A stretch of 42,466 nucleotides of DNA from a virus (Duplodnaviria > Caudoviricetes): IMG/VR virus record IMGVR_UViG_3300033145_000490, positions 1 to 42,466 of that record. The stretch is one strand, 5' to 3'. The position numbers were made by a program, and so were the translations under genes. Positions 25,073 to 35,114 of the stretch are shown piece by piece (the stretch's first letter is position 1; each line of letters begins with the position of its first letter). Under the pieces are notes generated by a model. That model saw only the letters and a list, made by a program, of their open reading frames with translations. It made no database searches and was not told the origin of the DNA.

Positions 25073-25438
25073 CTAGGTTTTGATGTATTTCCCCCACAAG
25101 ATTTCGTCTGAATCGGGAGCAGACACTACCGTAACAATACCCGAGCTAGGCGTTGTTTCTGTAAAGTCCACTCCCCCTGGTTGTAAAGTAAGCTTGTCCC
25201 TAAATAATTGCATCGTTCCTGATACATAGGCATTGGCAAAAGTAAATATTACTTGCGCCCCATCTGTAGCAGGAGTTGGAATTTCAAAAGTTACAATATC
25301 TCCTATTTGCACAAAGGTCGATACTGGCTCATATCGCAAAGTGGTAGCGTTCCATTTTAACACTTCTCCATTAGAAGGGGCTTCCCCACTAACATCGGCA
25401 AAGCTTTTTATAGTTCTCCACCATCCGCTCCAACCCAT
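25073..25438 (-). CDS. Fibre adaptor-like virion protein
   Basis: DVSGEAPSNGEVLKWN and DG..VIFT...DFTET...AP motifs typical of fibre or adaptor domains. Confidence 0.6.
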   Translation of the reverse strand: MGWSGWWRTIKSFADVSGEAPSNGEVLKWNATTLRYEPVSTFVQIGDIVTFEIPTPATDGAQVIFTFANAYVSGTMQLFRDKLTLQPGGVDFTETTPSSGIVTVVSAPDSDEILWGKYIKT

Positions 25439-26292
25439 TATTTACTCCTTAGTTGATTTAATACCTCTATTTTTTCCATAGTCTCTTTTTGTCTTATAGC
25501 TAAGAGTTGTCCTTTTGCATCAATAGTTTTATCCTTATCATCTAACTCTTTATTGGATTGTTCAAGCACAGAAAATTGATGCTTTAAATTTTTTTCTCTT
25601 TTTTCAAGATCTTCTTTATTCAATGCTACTTCATCGATGTCTGTTTTGTTTTGCTCTTCAATTCTTTTTGCTTCGCAAAGTTTTTTATCTGCTTCATCTA
25701 GTATGCTCTGATTAGTTTCCTTTTGAGTATTTATTTCCTGTCTATCATTAGTTATAACCTTTAACTGCTGGTTTATATTATTTTGCCTGTTCATCAAAGT
25801 TTCTTCAAGACGATTTAATATTAGCTCACGTTGGTTTTGGGAATTTTCCTTGTTGTCTAATTCAACTTTTTTAGCATTGAGGGATGCTTGCAATATTAGG
25901 ACTTGACTTTTAATCTTCCCTGCCTCATCTATTAGAGATTGTGCCTCTTCTTCCTTCTGGCTGATTTCCCTTAAACTAGCCTCTCTCTTAGTCTCAAAAT
26001 CATTTATTTCTTGCTTTAAATGCTCTGCCTGGGTATTCGTTTCTTTAAATTGATTTTCACTTTCCTTTTTAATTCTATTTACATAATCCTCTGCTTCTAT
26101 TTTTGTCTTATCAGCAAGCTCAATCATCTCTTTGACCTTGGTTTCTGCTTCAAGGATTATCTTATCTGCTTTACTCTTTGCCTCAAGTAAAGGAATATTA
26201 ATATCTCGAACAATTTGAATTTTCTGTTTATTCAAAAGCTCGATTTCTTCCTTGAGTTTTACCAATATTATTTTTTCTTTAACCTCAATCAT
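25438..26292 (-). CDS. Long coiled-coil protein
   Basis: 284 aa of E/K/Q-rich heptads; SD GAGGAG. Confidence 0.75.
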   Translation of the reverse strand: MIEVKEKIILVKLKEEIELLNKQKIQIVRDINIPLLEAKSKADKIILEAETKVKEMIELADKTKIEAEDYVNRIKKESENQFKETNTQAEHLKQEINDFETKREASLREISQKEEEAQSLIDEAGKIKSQVLILQASLNAKKVELDNKENSQNQRELILNRLEETLMNRQNNINQQLKVITNDRQEINTQKETNQSILDEADKKLCEAKRIEEQNKTDIDEVALNKEDLEKREKNLKHQFSVLEQSNKELDDKDKTIDAKGQLLAIRQKETMEKIEVLNQLRSK

Positions 26293-26302
26293 AAGCTCCT
26301 CA

Positions 26303-26707
26303 TTATTGTGTGAATTTTTTTTGAAGCGAAATCCAGATATTTATTACTGTATCGGTAACCGAAGCCGTCTGCTCTGTTATCTTGAATCTGACATATAATA
26401 AAGGTAAAGGAGTAAATCCTGCGTGTTGTATTGTCTTGCTGGTTAGCGCAGATTCAATATCGGCTATTCCTTGAGGAACAGCAAAATTTGAATCTGCTGC
26501 ATTTCCCGTAGCAGGAGCCACCCTGCCTTGCTCCATTTCTATTTTAAGACCAGGGGTTCCCGTACAGGCGACAAGATAACTTAATGCAAAAGTATCGGTA
26601 TCTCCAAATTTATATGCATCAGTATAAACCGTTGTACTCTTAGGAACAGAAATATCCTCGCTTTCAGCTAAAGTTATAGCAAACGACTTAGGCTCGTTCA
26701 TTAACAA
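26303..26707 (-). CDS. Beta-sandwich virion protein (cement-like)
   Basis: Beta-strand pattern ending YVRFKIT; the start may be 26701. Confidence 0.6.
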   Translation of the reverse strand: MLMNEPKSFAITLAESEDISVPKSTTVYTDAYKFGDTDTFALSYLVACTGTPGLKIEMEQGRVAPATGNAADSNFAVPQGIADIESALTSKTIQHAGFTPLPLLYVRFKITEQTASVTDTVINIWISLQKKFTQ

Positions 26708-26716
26708 CCTCCCTTG

Positions 26717-27166
26717 TTATTCTCTTCCTACAATATAAACTTCTACATCCAATAAATCATCCGCATCGGTATTAGTAGCCACTACATTAACTCTTACATA
26801 AGGAACGCATATATCTTTATCAAACCAAAAATAGAAACTTCCATCAGAAGAAATAGTCTCCGTAGTTTGCAGCGTTGCCCCACCTGCATAATCATAAAAA
26901 TTAGCGTCAAGGTAGGTAGTCCCGTCAAAAGAAATATCAATAGTTATGGCGGCAGAAATTGACAATCCGACCTCTGTTTCGGCGTAATCTACAAGAAATG
27001 CCACCTTGTCGTAACCCTGGATATATGTTGCGGTGGAATCCGCATCAGTAGTTACTGCATTAAATGTCTCGTCCATTATTTCGGTTACTTTAAGAATCCT
27101 TGCTGCCTCCGCTGTTCCGACCATTACAAATAAAGCTAATAATGCTAATATTAAAAATCTCTTCAT
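26717..27166 (-). CDS. Beta-sandwich virion-type protein with signal peptide
   Basis: Start moved to 27166 (SD AGGAGGAGG). Leader MKRFLILALLALFVMVGTAEA; ISFDGTTY and PYVRVNV. Confidence 0.75.
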   Translation of the reverse strand: MKRFLILALLALFVMVGTAEAARILKVTEIMDETFNAVTTDADSTATYIQGYDKVAFLVDYAETEVGLSISAAITIDISFDGTTYLDANFYDYAGGATLQTTETISSDGSFYFWFDKDICVPYVRVNVVATNTDADDLLDVEVYIVGRE

Positions 27167-27179
27167 AGTCCCCTCCTCC

Positions 27180-27416
27180 TTATGTATAAACTTCTTTTGG
27201 TTTTTCAAAATCTACATTAATATAACCACCACACTGGGCAGGGTTAAGTTCATCGTGAGTACAGCTATGGTATCGAGTTTTCCTATGGCAAAGTATTTTC
27301 TCATCACCCTTTGGCTTATACGCCTTGTTCTTTTTTTCCTCAATAAGATTCAAAATATCTATAGCATCTTTCTTGTTATCAAATGATATGTCGATTTCTA
27401 ATCTATGTTTAGCCAT
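27180..27416 (-). CDS. Hypothetical protein (78 aa)
   Basis: HSCTHDE...C motif; SD AAGGGGG. Confidence 0.7.
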   Translation of the reverse strand: MAKHRLEIDISFDNKKDAIDILNLIEEKKNKAYKPKGDEKILCHRKTRYHSCTHDELNPAQCGGYINVDFEKPKEVYT

Positions 27417-27425
27417 TATTCCCCC

Positions 27426-30400
27426 TTAATTATTTTCTAACATAAATTCCGACCAAAGTAATCTTCTAAAAGATTCTGCTTCCCCACTCATTAAATCTAA
27501 AATTCCTTTGATGGTTCTTCGTGGTTGTGCGTATGGCATTTGAAGCCATACAGCCAATATAAAAGATGCTTTCTCCATCGCCTTCATATATTCTTCATTC
27601 TCAATATTTGATTTCATAAATTTAAGATTATTCATAATAGAACTTGCAGGACTTATTGATGGCTCATAACCCCTTAAATAAGCCATGCTCATATTACCAA
27701 TTATAGGTATAGAGGCAATCGTTGAACCAAATATAGCATCGAAGAAATCATCGGGATCTTGAGGTAGTCTCCCATGAGACATAATATATATCAGGGTAGA
27801 AGAAACAATTATAGAAGCTATCCCCATGGTTGCTCTTGCATATTGTCCCTTGCTTATCTCTCTCGGCAAATCAGCTCTTGTCATATTCCATATCTGATTA
27901 AGCTGGTTAGTAAACATCAATCCCAATCTTAAAAACTCGCTATTAGTTCGATAAAGTGCTGGTAAATCCTTAACTCCACCTTGAGGTTGTGTCTCTATAA
28001 CTGCCTTATGAGCTATATTTTTTGCTTCAACTATAGATTTTGTCTTTGACTGATGCCTATATACAGCATCATAAACAGATAAAACAGCATATTTATCCAT
28101 CTGCATTATCATAGCAAATGCTTTTTTATCTATCGCTTTAGAAGCAACAAGCAAAGCTCTCTTAATATCACTTTCGGGTAATGCTTCTATAGTCTTTAAC
28201 AAATCTTTAAAATCTCTTGATACAACCCTATTTTTTAGTGATGGATCTAACTCGTATATTTTATCTCTATTTTCTTTAAACAACATCCTTTCCATGCTTA
28301 TAGCCATATCCTGTGGAGTAGTATATTTTAAAGCCAATGCAAGCGAAGGAAACTGTTTGCCTGCGGTAACTACGTTAAAACCTAAATATGCTTTTGATAA
28401 ACCTAACCTAACAGGTTTTATAACTCTATTGACATATCTTTCTATCCAATTCGCCCCTTGAAACATCTTGGCAGGATTAACATTAACATCCAAATAATCA
28501 TTTAACCATTTCCAAGATGCTTGTCCATGATTATATTTGACGGCATCTTGTAAATCTGGATCATCTAAAATCTTATTAAATGCTTTCTGTAATGGTGCAT
28601 AAGCAATAAGATGTTCCTGGCTTTCAATTATCTTTATAGCATCTCCCATAAAATCAAGGCTTATCTCTGATTGATATTTTTCATCTAATTCTTTACGGGA
28701 ATAAGTATTCTTTTTGTCTGCGGAAGTATAAGTAAATCCTGCACCTTTCCTAATTATCTGTTCGTTTATCATCTCTGTTTCAATATCAAGATTTAACTCT
28801 TCCTGAGAAATACCACCCTTACCTATTCTCTTTATGGGAAAATAAACCTCAACTCTTTCCATCTCTACATTGAAATAAGTCTCTACAGTCTGAGCATATT
28901 CATCCGTTCTTTCAGAAACAATCTTTTGAACTTCATCGGCAAATTTAATATAATCAGGATAATCAGCCTTTACAGAATCAATAAAAGCAGTAATTTCTAC
29001 ATCAGTAAGATTATTCCCAAACTTTAAAGCATCGTAAGATTTTTTATCCTTAGTAGCTAAATACATTCTTAATATATTATTGACTTGATAAGATTTTCCA
29101 TCTATCTCAATCAATCTGCCTAAGTTAAAAAAAGTAACCTTGTTATCTTCCATAGCCTGTTCTATTTTCTTCTTACGCAACCAAGAATATACTCCTCTTT
29201 GCATATCAGCATTGTCAATGCTATCATAAATTAAGTCTTCTCCAATATCTCCAAACAATCTTCTAATCATTCGTAAAGGTCTTAGGGTAATAATATCGGC
29301 AACTTTCAATAAAGGAGATCTCTTAGCTCTACGCTCTTCCAATGAACCCTTAGAAAACATCCCTGCCTTAGTTCCACCAGCTTGTTTAATTAAAGCAGCT
29401 CTTAATATCTCAGAAGCTACCTTGCGCTGTTCTTTTTTAGTTGTAAATACTTTTTTGCCAGTTTCTTTTAATTCAGCCAAAGTATCCGCTAACTCAACTA
29501 ATTCATTAACAGACATAGCATTTAGGGCCTTCTTGCGAACTTGTTTTTTATCTCCTAGCTTATTAAGAATATCATTTATCTTTTTTTGATATGTAACATC
29601 AATAATATTCTCTGGCTTCTTGGGTTGTTTGAGGATTTTTTTGACAAGCCCTCTCTTTTCAGCGGCTTCTTCCAATCTTTCAATACGTTCTTCAATAACT
29701 GGTAATGCTTTAGAGAGTTGATCGGCTGTCTGTATGTTTTTAATTGCTTTAATAAATTTAGCTTTATCTTTAGCATCAAGACCAGATGCTTTTAAAAGAT
29801 TTATCAATTCGGTTTGGATGCTTTTAACTTCTTTTTTCTGAACAAACTTTCCAGCTCGGATACCTCTATCTATATCTTTAATACGTTGTTTAAGAATAGT
29901 AGTCTCTTTTTTAGTAACTAACTGAGCTTTATTCTCTTGGATGGTCTCTTTAAGTTCTTTCCTAGTTGATTCTAAATTTTGCAAATATTCTTTTAAAGCA
30001 ACTTCATCGGTTAATTCAACTCCTTGTTCTCTCAACTCTTCTAATACTTCATCTGGAGTAATAGCTTTTGGATCTGTAGAAATATAATACTTCGGGATGC
30101 CAGTCAACTCTTCTTTAAGAAACTCATCTTTATATTTTTTAATTCTACCCTTGAATTGTTCACGCTTTGTCTCTATATCCTCAAGCGCAAATTCAGCCAC
30201 AAAGATACGCTTCTCACGGTCTTCCATATCTTCAATCTGCTTAATAAGGATAGTCTTTCCAGATACGTCTTTTTTAATAGTCTTTGGAGTTACTTTAGGC
30301 TTTTGCACTTCTTTAACATTAGCCTCTACTATTTGTTGGGCTTTTTTCTGTTCAGGAGTTATTTCAGGTTTAAGTTGTGCTTGTTTCCAAATATCGGTGA

Positions 30401-32330
30401 GTTGTTGTTTGGTTTTAATTTGAGATTTATCTAATACTATCGTAGTAACGCCTTTAATAGCATTTTCTACATCATTGAACACAATAGCGTCATATCCCAT
30501 TTTTTTAAGTTTAGGTAATAATTTAAAACGAGATATTAAATCTTCCAAAGGTTTATAAAAACTATCTGTTGGTTTATATTCATCATAATAACTATTTCGC
30601 ACCATATTTCCCAATTCCCATTTATTAACTTTTTTATCAATAGGAAGCATATTTACCAAATCATCAAAACTTTTTATGTTGGTCAAATCTAAAGGTTTTG
30701 TAATATTGAGAGAAGTTTCTATAATATTTTTACCAAACTCACTTGCCAACTCTTTTGAAGTTGTAAAATAAATCCCAAAAGTTTCGCTTGGGGTTCCTAA
30801 TACTTCTTGAGCTAATTCTTCTGGCATTTCTTTTGGAGTTAAAAATTCTTTAAATTTAGAAGGAGTCCCGTGATAAAACTTCTCTTGGCTTGCCACAAAC
30901 TCCTCCGCAGTTTTATACTTTTTAGCTTCTTCTATAAGTGGCTCTATGATGCCCTCTTTCCCCTTAGGAATTGGCTCAGGTGCGACTTTTATGGGTTCAA
31001 TTAACCCCTTATCCACAAATTCCTGATATACCCTATTTAGCTCTGTAAGCTCATCTATGGACAAATCCTGTCCAGAAGCGGCTTTTACAACAACTTCAGC
31101 CCTTAATTTACCTGCTTCAAAGGTTTGACCTAATTTAACTGACATCTGATCTTTTTCATTTTCAGAAAGATTATTAATTATCTTATCAATATCCTCTTGT
31201 GATCTTCTTTTTCCTCTAAGATGATTATTAAGAACCTGTGAAGAAGCACCCATGCCACCATACATAGCAAATGCTCCAAGTTCTACTGAAGCCTGATCCC
31301 ATCCAGGGAATACAGCCTCTTGCAGTTTATCTAACATAGAAATTTCTCTTTCGTCTAATCCCGTTACTGCTCTTAACAAAGCTCCAAATCTTTCTTCTCC
31401 GTATTCTTCTATGAGTCCATCCCAACCACCCTTAGACATTAATTCAAATATTCTTCCTTTAGGTATTTTTTTAGCTATCCCTTCGGCTATTTTTGAAAAT
31501 ACCTCTTTTGTCGCTTCTGGCATACGATTCAACATTCCTCTTGTGGCAACTTTCCCTATAGGTTTGAATAATTGACCTCCCATAGTTTCACTGTAAAACT
31601 CCACAAAAGTATCTCCGTATGCTTTCATAAAAGCAACCACGGGGGTTTCTGCTGAATCCTCTATAAGTTGAATACCTTTATCGGTAATAGCAAGATGTTC
31701 GTTTAAACTTTTTTGAGCATAATTAGAAACATATCTATGGGGTAAAACTGTAGTCCTAGCTAATCCTACAACAGCTTCTCTTCCTAAAACTTCAACTCCT
31801 TTTCGTAACAAGCTTTTCTTAGCAACTTCTCCTGCTACTTTAACTCCTGCTTTCTGGATCCCTGTTCTAATAGCAGTAGCCAGTCCGCCAGTCAAAGCCA
31901 TTTCCATAGCGAAAGTAGGGATATTAGCAACAATACGATAGACATTCTTTCCCCAAGTAGATCCTCTCACCCTTACTTCTTCCTGCCTTAACATTACATC
32001 TCTCAAGACTTCCATATCATTTTCTTTACTTCCTTTATCTTCGTAATCATCATCTCTTAATCTATTTACAAGTCCCCAGAGAGAACCCGAACCTGCAACT
32101 TGTCCATAATAAATATCACTACCTTTTGTTTTAGCAGCATATTCCCACCAACCTTCAGTGCCTTGTTTAGACCATTCATATCTTTGCTCTGGGGTAGAAA
32201 GCATAAATTCACCTTCTCCAGCCTGAAAAGTTTTTAAACTAACGGTATCATCCTCTAAGATAGGCTCAGGACTTCGTTTTTCTTCTATAGGAATTAATCC
32301 AGATTTCTCTTGTATTTCTATTAATGGCAT
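27426..32330 (-). CDS. Large internal virion (ejection) protein, polyvalent, with an ART-like domain
   Basis: 1634 aa, helical, last of three internal-virion genes. Has YHGT...GIYFT...GYDAIVF, and a C-terminal A...VIETQP...LMFTNQ region. Confidence 0.8.
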   Translation of the reverse strand: MPLIEIQEKSGLIPIEEKRSPEPILEDDTVSLKTFQAGEGEFMLSTPEQRYEWSKQGTEGWWEYAAKTKGSDIYYGQVAGSGSLWGLVNRLRDDDYEDKGSKENDMEVLRDVMLRQEEVRVRGSTWGKNVYRIVANIPTFAMEMALTGGLATAIRTGIQKAGVKVAGEVAKKSLLRKGVEVLGREAVVGLARTTVLPHRYVSNYAQKSLNEHLAITDKGIQLIEDSAETPVVAFMKAYGDTFVEFYSETMGGQLFKPIGKVATRGMLNRMPEATKEVFSKIAEGIAKKIPKGRIFELMSKGGWDGLIEEYGEERFGALLRAVTGLDEREISMLDKLQEAVFPGWDQASVELGAFAMYGGMGASSQVLNNHLRGKRRSQEDIDKIINNLSENEKDQMSVKLGQTFEAGKLRAEVVVKAASGQDLSIDELTELNRVYQEFVDKGLIEPIKVAPEPIPKGKEGIIEPLIEEAKKYKTAEEFVASQEKFYHGTPSKFKEFLTPKEMPEELAQEVLGTPSETFGIYFTTSKELASEFGKNIIETSLNITKPLDLTNIKSFDDLVNMLPIDKKVNKWELGNMVRNSYYDEYKPTDSFYKPLEDLISRFKLLPKLKKMGYDAIVFNDVENAIKGVTTIVLDKSQIKTKQQLTDIWKQAQLKPEITPEQKKAQQIVEANVKEVQKPKVTPKTIKKDVSGKTILIKQIEDMEDREKRIFVAEFALEDIETKREQFKGRIKKYKDEFLKEELTGIPKYYISTDPKAITPDEVLEELREQGVELTDEVALKEYLQNLESTRKELKETIQENKAQLVTKKETTILKQRIKDIDRGIRAGKFVQKKEVKSIQTELINLLKASGLDAKDKAKFIKAIKNIQTADQLSKALPVIEERIERLEEAAEKRGLVKKILKQPKKPENIIDVTYQKKINDILNKLGDKKQVRKKALNAMSVNELVELADTLAELKETGKKVFTTKKEQRKVASEILRAALIKQAGGTKAGMFSKGSLEERRAKRSPLLKVADIITLRPLRMIRRLFGDIGEDLIYDSIDNADMQRGVYSWLRKKKIEQAMEDNKVTFFNLGRLIEIDGKSYQVNNILRMYLATKDKKSYDALKFGNNLTDVEITAFIDSVKADYPDYIKFADEVQKIVSERTDEYAQTVETYFNVEMERVEVYFPIKRIGKGGISQEELNLDIETEMINEQIIRKGAGFTYTSADKKNTYSRKELDEKYQSEISLDFMGDAIKIIESQEHLIAYAPLQKAFNKILDDPDLQDAVKYNHGQASWKWLNDYLDVNVNPAKMFQGANWIERYVNRVIKPVRLGLSKAYLGFNVVTAGKQFPSLALALKYTTPQDMAISMERMLFKENRDKIYELDPSLKNRVVSRDFKDLLKTIEALPESDIKRALLVASKAIDKKAFAMIMQMDKYAVLSVYDAVYRHQSKTKSIVEAKNIAHKAVIETQPQGGVKDLPALYRTNSEFLRLGLMFTNQLNQIWNMTRADLPREISKGQYARATMGIASIIVSSTLIYIMSHGRLPQDPDDFFDAIFGSTIASIPIIGNMSMAYLRGYEPSISPASSIMNNLKFMKSNIENEEYMKAMEKASFILAVWLQMPYAQPRRTIKGILDLMSGEAESFRRLLWSEFMLENN

Positions 32331-32331
32331 T

Positions 32332-33951
32332 TTATTTAGGGTTTATCCACATATAGCGTTTACCTTTTATAATAACTTCTGTATTGTCTGGTAAATTAGC
32401 AGCTTTAACTTCTGCCTCATTTGCAAAAGTCGGAGCTTCTCCTTCGGTATCTAAAATCGTATCTCTCTGATTAAAAATAGATTGCCTGTTTTTCTCCATT
32501 ATATTATCAGCTATTTTTGATGCTACTTCTTTGCCTTCTTTTGTTCTTAATTTTTTATCTCCAACTTCATAGAAAAATTCCCTTACCGCTCTATAGGTGT
32601 CCTCTAAGGGCAAGACTTTTTCAAAATAGTCATTCGCATCCCTAGAGTCCCATTGCCTCCATTCATCTTTTGTGGCTATTACTTCTGTCGCTTGAGAAGT
32701 GGTATCACTAAATATTTTAGTAATCAATTTATCGTAAGTCTCTTGAGTCAGCAACCCCTTAGATTTTAAGTCATTAATCTCTATTTCTACATTATGAATA
32801 GCTTTCAGGTATTCTTTTGCGTCTTTCTTTTTCCTTTTTTTAGGAACTCCTGTCCCTGTATATCTTTTACTAATATCTGTAATCTTTAAAATAGTTTCAG
32901 ATTCAAACCTATCTACATTTCCTTGGTCAATCCCGCCAGTATAAAGGATGGCTTTTCTCTTTGCATCAGCCCATGTTGGATTATAAATACCCGCAGCTTT
33001 CCCGTTATCCAATATATTTAACGCTTCTGAAACAGATACTTGGTTAAGATTATTTTCAAATTTCATCTGTGCAATAGATTGATTTTCTAAATATTTTACA
33101 TCTGCTTTTTCTATATTTACCTTTAGAATCTTTTTTATATCTTCTTGTATACTGCGGTAGCTTTCTGTTGATATTTTATCTTTAGCACTATCTAATAATG
33201 ATTGGGCTATCTCCAAATTTCCCGTACTTTCTAAGGTAGATATAACCGATGACTTAACTGTTGTCGAAGCTATTTCTTCATTCTTTAATTTCAATGAAAC
33301 CTCATCAAATTTAGAATAATAAGGGGTAGCCTTTTCAATATTTTCATCTATAGCCTTATTTAAAGATTCTCCATCTCTTATCGTAGAGGCATCCAATATA
33401 CTCTGCTCTATATTGGAATCCGTGGCTTGTTTAAAATCTTCGTCTAATTGGTTCGCTTCGTGGGTTATTACATTATTCCTGGAAGAAAGATAATAACTAT
33501 CCATGGCTGGAGAAAGTTTACTTATCTGGTATTCTGACAATCCACCCAAATATTGATTCCTTAGCTGAGTAGAATAAATCTCGTCAAAGTCTTGGGTTGC
33601 CCCTTTGGCTTGACCTAATTGCCTAAGAAGTAATCCCTTAGTCCTCTCTATTTCCTGACCATCAATAGTCTTGGTTTCGGTTTCATTATTGAACAATCTA
33701 TCTTGAACATCTTTCCTATATGCGGTTTCACGACGGAGGATTTCTTTGTCCTGCTCATCAATGATCACTCTCTTAAGATGCTCGGCTATCTGCCCACCGA
33801 CTTTTCCTAAGCTCTCAGTAGCCTTTCCTATATCTGCGCCAAAAGCCGCAGGAATAACATTTGGAAAATCTACACTAGGTTGCCTCGGAGCGCTTATTTG
33901 AGGAACTTCTGTCCTTACTTGTTCTTGATATTGAGGAACTTTTAATGCCAT
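32332..33951 (-). CDS. Internal virion protein (T7 gp15-like position)
   Basis: MALKVPQY..Q start, AFGA..G helical N-terminus, and synteny. Confidence 0.7.
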   Translation of the reverse strand: MALKVPQYQEQVRTEVPQISAPRQPSVDFPNVIPAAFGADIGKATESLGKVGGQIAEHLKRVIIDEQDKEILRRETAYRKDVQDRLFNNETETKTIDGQEIERTKGLLLRQLGQAKGATQDFDEIYSTQLRNQYLGGLSEYQISKLSPAMDSYYLSSRNNVITHEANQLDEDFKQATDSNIEQSILDASTIRDGESLNKAIDENIEKATPYYSKFDEVSLKLKNEEIASTTVKSSVISTLESTGNLEIAQSLLDSAKDKISTESYRSIQEDIKKILKVNIEKADVKYLENQSIAQMKFENNLNQVSVSEALNILDNGKAAGIYNPTWADAKRKAILYTGGIDQGNVDRFESETILKITDISKRYTGTGVPKKRKKKDAKEYLKAIHNVEIEINDLKSKGLLTQETYDKLITKIFSDTTSQATEVIATKDEWRQWDSRDANDYFEKVLPLEDTYRAVREFFYEVGDKKLRTKEGKEVASKIADNIMEKNRQSIFNQRDTILDTEGEAPTFANEAEVKAANLPDNTEVIIKGKRYMWINPK

Positions 33952-33963
33952 GATTTATCCTTT

Positions 33964-34623
33964 TTAAAATTGTATTAAATTTTGACTACCTGCTCTTGGC
34001 GTCAGGCTAGTCCCGCCACCACCACCAGGAACCCTTAAAGCACTAAATCCAGCTACCGTTGCTGCCGTTGATAGCAAAGTAGTACCCGCTTTAATCCTTG
34101 CAGCTCTTCTTGCATTTTTAGCAGCAACTTCATATTGAGAAGCTTCAGATCTTAAACCAAATGCTCTAAATTTAGCTTCTTCTCCTACCGTATAAATATC
34201 TCTTTTTGCTGCTTCGCTTAATTCATAGCTTCTTATATTAGCATTATACCTTATGGCTAGTTGATCCATAATTGACTTATTTGAAGTATCAATAGTTATA
34301 TCTGTAGCTGTAACTCCACCAATACCTAATGCCCCAATAGCTGCTCTTTGAGAACCTGACAATACAGCTACTTCCCTGGCTAATCGTTTTGATTCTTGAG
34401 CTGCCCCTGTCTGAACAGCTGAAATATTAATACCAGCAGTTTGTTCAATTAATCTTTTTTGCTGTTCTGCATATTGTGTTACAACATTAGCTTGTTGTTG
34501 TTTAAGAGAGGCTTGATACTTATAAGCTCCAGCAGCAGCCTCACCTTGTTGAAGCTGACCAGCGATTTGAAATCCTCCTGCAACAATGGCGGTTGTAACT
34601 CCAATAGTAATAGGATCACACAT
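33964..34623 (-). CDS. Internal virion protein (T7 gp14/Bbp11-like)
   Basis: MCDP start with hydrophobic helix, Ala/Gln-rich, GSQRAA..A.G, IRYNA. Confidence 0.8.
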   Translation of the reverse strand: MCDPITIGVTTAIVAGGFQIAGQLQQGEAAAGAYKYQASLKQQQANVVTQYAEQQKRLIEQTAGINISAVQTGAAQESKRLAREVAVLSGSQRAAIGALGIGGVTATDITIDTSNKSIMDQLAIRYNANIRSYELSEAAKRDIYTVGEEAKFRAFGLRSEASQYEVAAKNARRAARIKAGTTLLSTAATVAGFSALRVPGGGGGTSLTPRAGSQNLIQF

Positions 34624-34625
34624 AA

Positions 34626-35114
34626 TTATCTCCTAAATTCAAAATATTGAAAAGGTTGCTGTTCTACTCCGTAAATAACTACTGGCCCTAACTTAGCCCC
34701 ACACCATTTAAGCCACTTGATTGATTGTTTGTTTTCTACGTCAACAAAATTAAAAAGCAAAGGATAATAGCCAAGCATTAAATCAATGAAGTGCCTTGAA
34801 TGTTTTATAAATGTTTTTTGAATTTCATTTAACCTGGGAGAAGCAAGCAACCAAATAAAAGCATTATTGCTTAGAAACATCTCGGGGACTATCCCGAACA
34901 TAGCTATCGGAGATTCTTTATACTCAACTGTTGAACAAAACACCGATTCAGTATGCCCACTTAATAGGGCTTCTTCTGGAGTCCTATGGTGAGATTTCCA
35001 TATCTCCTTCTTATCGGCTTCTCTCATATTCTTAGCTAATTCAAATACATCCTCTATATTAGAATCCCTAACTAATGCCAGTCTAGTTTTATAATAACAT
35101 TCTACCTTTATCAT
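34626..35114 (-). CDS. T7 gp13-like GNAT-fold virion assembly protein
   Basis: MREADKKE, AMFG, IWLL, LFNFVDVENKQSIKWLKWCG. Confidence 0.82.
   Translation of the reverse strand: MIKVECYYKTRLALVRDSNIEDVFELAKNMREADKKEIWKSHHRTPEEALLSGHTESVFCSTVEYKESPIAMFGIVPEMFLSNNAFIWLLASPRLNEIQKTFIKHSRHFIDLMLGYYPLLFNFVDVENKQSIKWLKWCGAKLGPVVIYGVEQQPFQYFEFRR

Noticed and set aside
11605-29779. Nested minus-strand ORFs 11605..11829, 24014..24220 and 29576..29779
   Set aside because: Short alternative-frame ORFs inside longer genes, with no recognisable motifs.
32820-32846. NLS-like PKKRKKK in the internal virion protein
   Set aside because: Lys-rich runs are expected in AT-rich phage genes, and nothing else suggests a eukaryotic context.
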